Origin: Eledone cirrhosa
Lineage: Eukaryota
DNA: 64,000 nt
Assembly: GCA_964016885.1 (NCBI GenBank)
Contig: OZ024742.1
Location: 290,222,001 to 290,286,000 of the forward strand
Direction of reading: 5' to 3'
Shown: piece after piece, positions 61,676-64,000 of the stretch
Layout: the number at the start of each line of letters is the position of its first letter
How positions within the stretch are numbered: position 1 is the first letter of the stretch
The notes under the pieces: model-generated
What the model was told of the DNA's origin: nothing
What the model saw: only the letters and a program-made list of their open reading frames with translations
Database searches by the model: none
Made by a program: the position numbers and the translations under genes

Positions 61676-63078
61676 TAGATAGATAGATAGATATGTTATA
61701 AATAGATAGATAGATACGTTATAAATAGATAGAGAGATAGATATGTATTACAAATTATCAAAGCATCGGGCAATTTTGAAAATATGAGAATCTGAAACAC
61801 AGAAAAATAAGCAGAACAACAGTCAATCACTATAAATAAGAACTTAGAAAATCGAATAAAATATTCTTAGAGTTGGCAAAAAGTTGCCAGCAGCTACTAT
61901 GAAGAAACGAACTCTGTATCTTTTGAATTACAGCTGAGTGCTTTTACTATTAAGCTAAGGGATGAGAAAATAAGTCTTATAATTTATAAGTGCTGAGTGA
62001 TTTTGAAAATGTGTGAATCCTAAAAGCAGAATAACTGTAACAATAGTTGATTGCTATGAATATATGGAAATATGTTGATTCCAATAGTATGAAAAATAAA
62101 ACAGTTAGGTTGTGAAAATGATGTGTAAATGGCTTTCAGCATTCAACAGGCACGTGCACCCTTGACATAATTCTAAGGGAGGTTTAGTTAGACAAAGCTG
62201 GCCCTTTGAATTATAAGTACTTCTTATTTTTGCCATTCAAATGGAATGGAGCAATGTGAAATGAAGCATTACTGATTCAAATGATTGTGAGCTGACCACC
62301 TTATCCACTATACCACACACTTTTACACTTTGAAGTACTTAATACATTAAGTAAAAAAAGGTACATAATTTATTTTGTATAGAAATGATATCTACAGGGC
62401 TAGCACTGTTTTATTTGTTTGAATGATGATTTCAACTGAATGAAACAGTGCCAGTCCTGTAGAAGTCATTTCTATCAAAAATGAATTTATATATATACAT
62501 AAACAGCCAAGTTCACACTATATGCAAATGAGCATTTCCAACTGATGTTTTCTATTTGCTATATGCAGTATGCATTGAATGTGTGCCATTGTTAAAAGAT
62601 TAACAAATCTTGAAACAGCACTGTCTGACATTCTCAAAAACATACTGGCAACTTTGTGATATATTCACAGAGGAAAATAGAAAAAATATAATCTTTTTGT
62701 TAAGAAAACATATTTTTCTTTGACAGCAAAGCTACCCAAATGTTTATTGTAGATAAAGGTATAATGTATATTTATATGTGTTTTCATATACATTTCCATT
62801 ATACTTAAAAGCTGTCTTAGTGCTACAGTCAATTAAATGTACTGTATATACTCGAATATAATCCAAGGAATATGTAACCAAAAAATCGATGGTAAAATGG
62901 GGGCATCAGCTTATATTCGGGGTCAATATTTTGACGATTTTCACCAACTTCCAATCTTACATAAATAAGGTGCTAAAATATCTGAAATGTTTTTCTACAT
63001 TTCCTCTATTGTCAGGAGTTTTATTTATAGATTGTCTTAAGAACATTCCCACAAAATTTCATCATTTGAACTTGGGTG

Positions 63079-63292
63079 GTGGATTGGCAGTATCGGTAGA
63101 GTGTCAACACCATGCTTTGCATCATAGAGTTATGGCCCTTTACGTTCTGAGTTCAAATCCTGTCGAGGTTAGCTTTGCTTGTCATCATTACAGGGTCGAT
63201 AAAATAAAGTACCAGTAATGCACTGGGGTTGATTTAATCGACCCCCCCCCCATAAAAAATTGCCTGCCTTGTGCCTAAAGTAGAAACAATTA
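63079..63292 (+). mobile_element. tRNA-derived SINE, family 1
   Basis: TGGCAGTATCGG A box, GAGTTCAAATCC B box; homologous to the 6.4-kb and 47.9-kb copies. Confidence 0.87.
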
Positions 63293-63977
63293 TTTGAGCT
63301 TTTTAATACATAAATATCACCTACACATACATGCACATGTGTACATAAACACTGACTGTTTTTCTCTATAACTTATGTAAATATACCTTTTCTTTCAATC
63401 TTGTTTGGTTTTATCTTCATCAGTTTCTCTCCTGTCTCTTTCGTCCTTTCTTTTCCTCCCTCTGTCTCTCCTCTCTGTCTTGCTTACTGTAAAAAATCTA
63501 CCTGAAGCTTTAATACTTGTAGAACATAACATTTTTTTCCAAGAGTTTCACAATACGCATTTCATTTGATGTGTATATTAAATAAATTTCTGTTACATTC
63601 AGGAGATTGTGCTATTGTCTTCTTAGAAAAAAAAAGTAAAATACTCCCAGTATGTCAGTGGCCAGAGAAGTAAAAAAAAAATTCGAAAAACTTGAAACTT
63701 TATAAAATTACTGGATTTGTGAAACAAAAACTATACTCTAAATGACACTTATAACATTTAAATATCAAAATATTAAAACTTTCTAAATATTTTCTCCACT
63801 CATGAGAATTTGAAAACAGCACCATAATATCTTGATTAGCTGCCTCAGCTTATAAACGAGGTTTGGATTTTTGTCCATTTCTCATACATAAAATAGTGTG
63901 GGGAGGTCATCTTATATTTGAGTATATATGTTATATATATTTTGTGTAAAAATATTACTAAAGCAAACTATTTGCAG

Positions 63978-64000
63978 GTGGACAAGTAATTCAGTATGAG
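63978..64000 (+). CDS. PARP14-like gene, start of exon D (macrodomain continued; runs off window)
   Basis: TTTGCAG acceptor. The phase-1 join with exon C gives ...IVKK-G-GQVIQYE, the expected macrodomain GGxxIQxE helix. Confidence 0.8.

Noticed and set aside
63603-63673. Alternative next exon after TTCAG at ~63602
   Set aside because: The phase-1 reading hits a stop after ~23 codons and lacks macrodomain similarity; 63978 fits instead.

Overview
Eukaryotic, AT-rich, (TA)n-rich genomic DNA. The SINE/RTE repertoire and microsatellite style suggest a cephalopod (Octopus); this is an inference, not proven. One host gene can be reconstructed on the + strand: a PARP14-like (macro-PARP) gene with four in-phase exons visible (15236-15472, 15929-16162, 46126-47667, 63978 to window end) encoding RRM-like, KH-like and macrodomain segments. 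Nearly everything else is transposon-derived. It includes two tRNA-Trp-primed Ty3/Gypsy LTR elements, one of them complete with near-identical, non-canonical-ended LTRs inside a 27-bp minisatellite. There are many RTE LINE copies with a PHD finger inside ORF2, one with an intact 1034-aa ORF. A PHD-bearing CRE-like restriction-endonuclease LINE is nested in a hAT relic. Two piggyBac copies lie tail-to-tail at one TTAA and form a ~2.9-kb intronic palindrome. Also present: a DD37D/maT fragment, a CR1/L2-group fragment, a Penelope-like GIY-YIG element, a minimal hammerhead ribozyme, a Helitron 3' end, a Tx1/L1-like element sitting in a (GATA)n repeat, two tRNA-SINE families and a recurrent class of (TA)n-anchored fold-back hairpins. 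All comparisons were made by eye and boundaries of degraded elements are approximate. I cannot show that any of this is a wholly new biological system; the best leads are ranked in findings.
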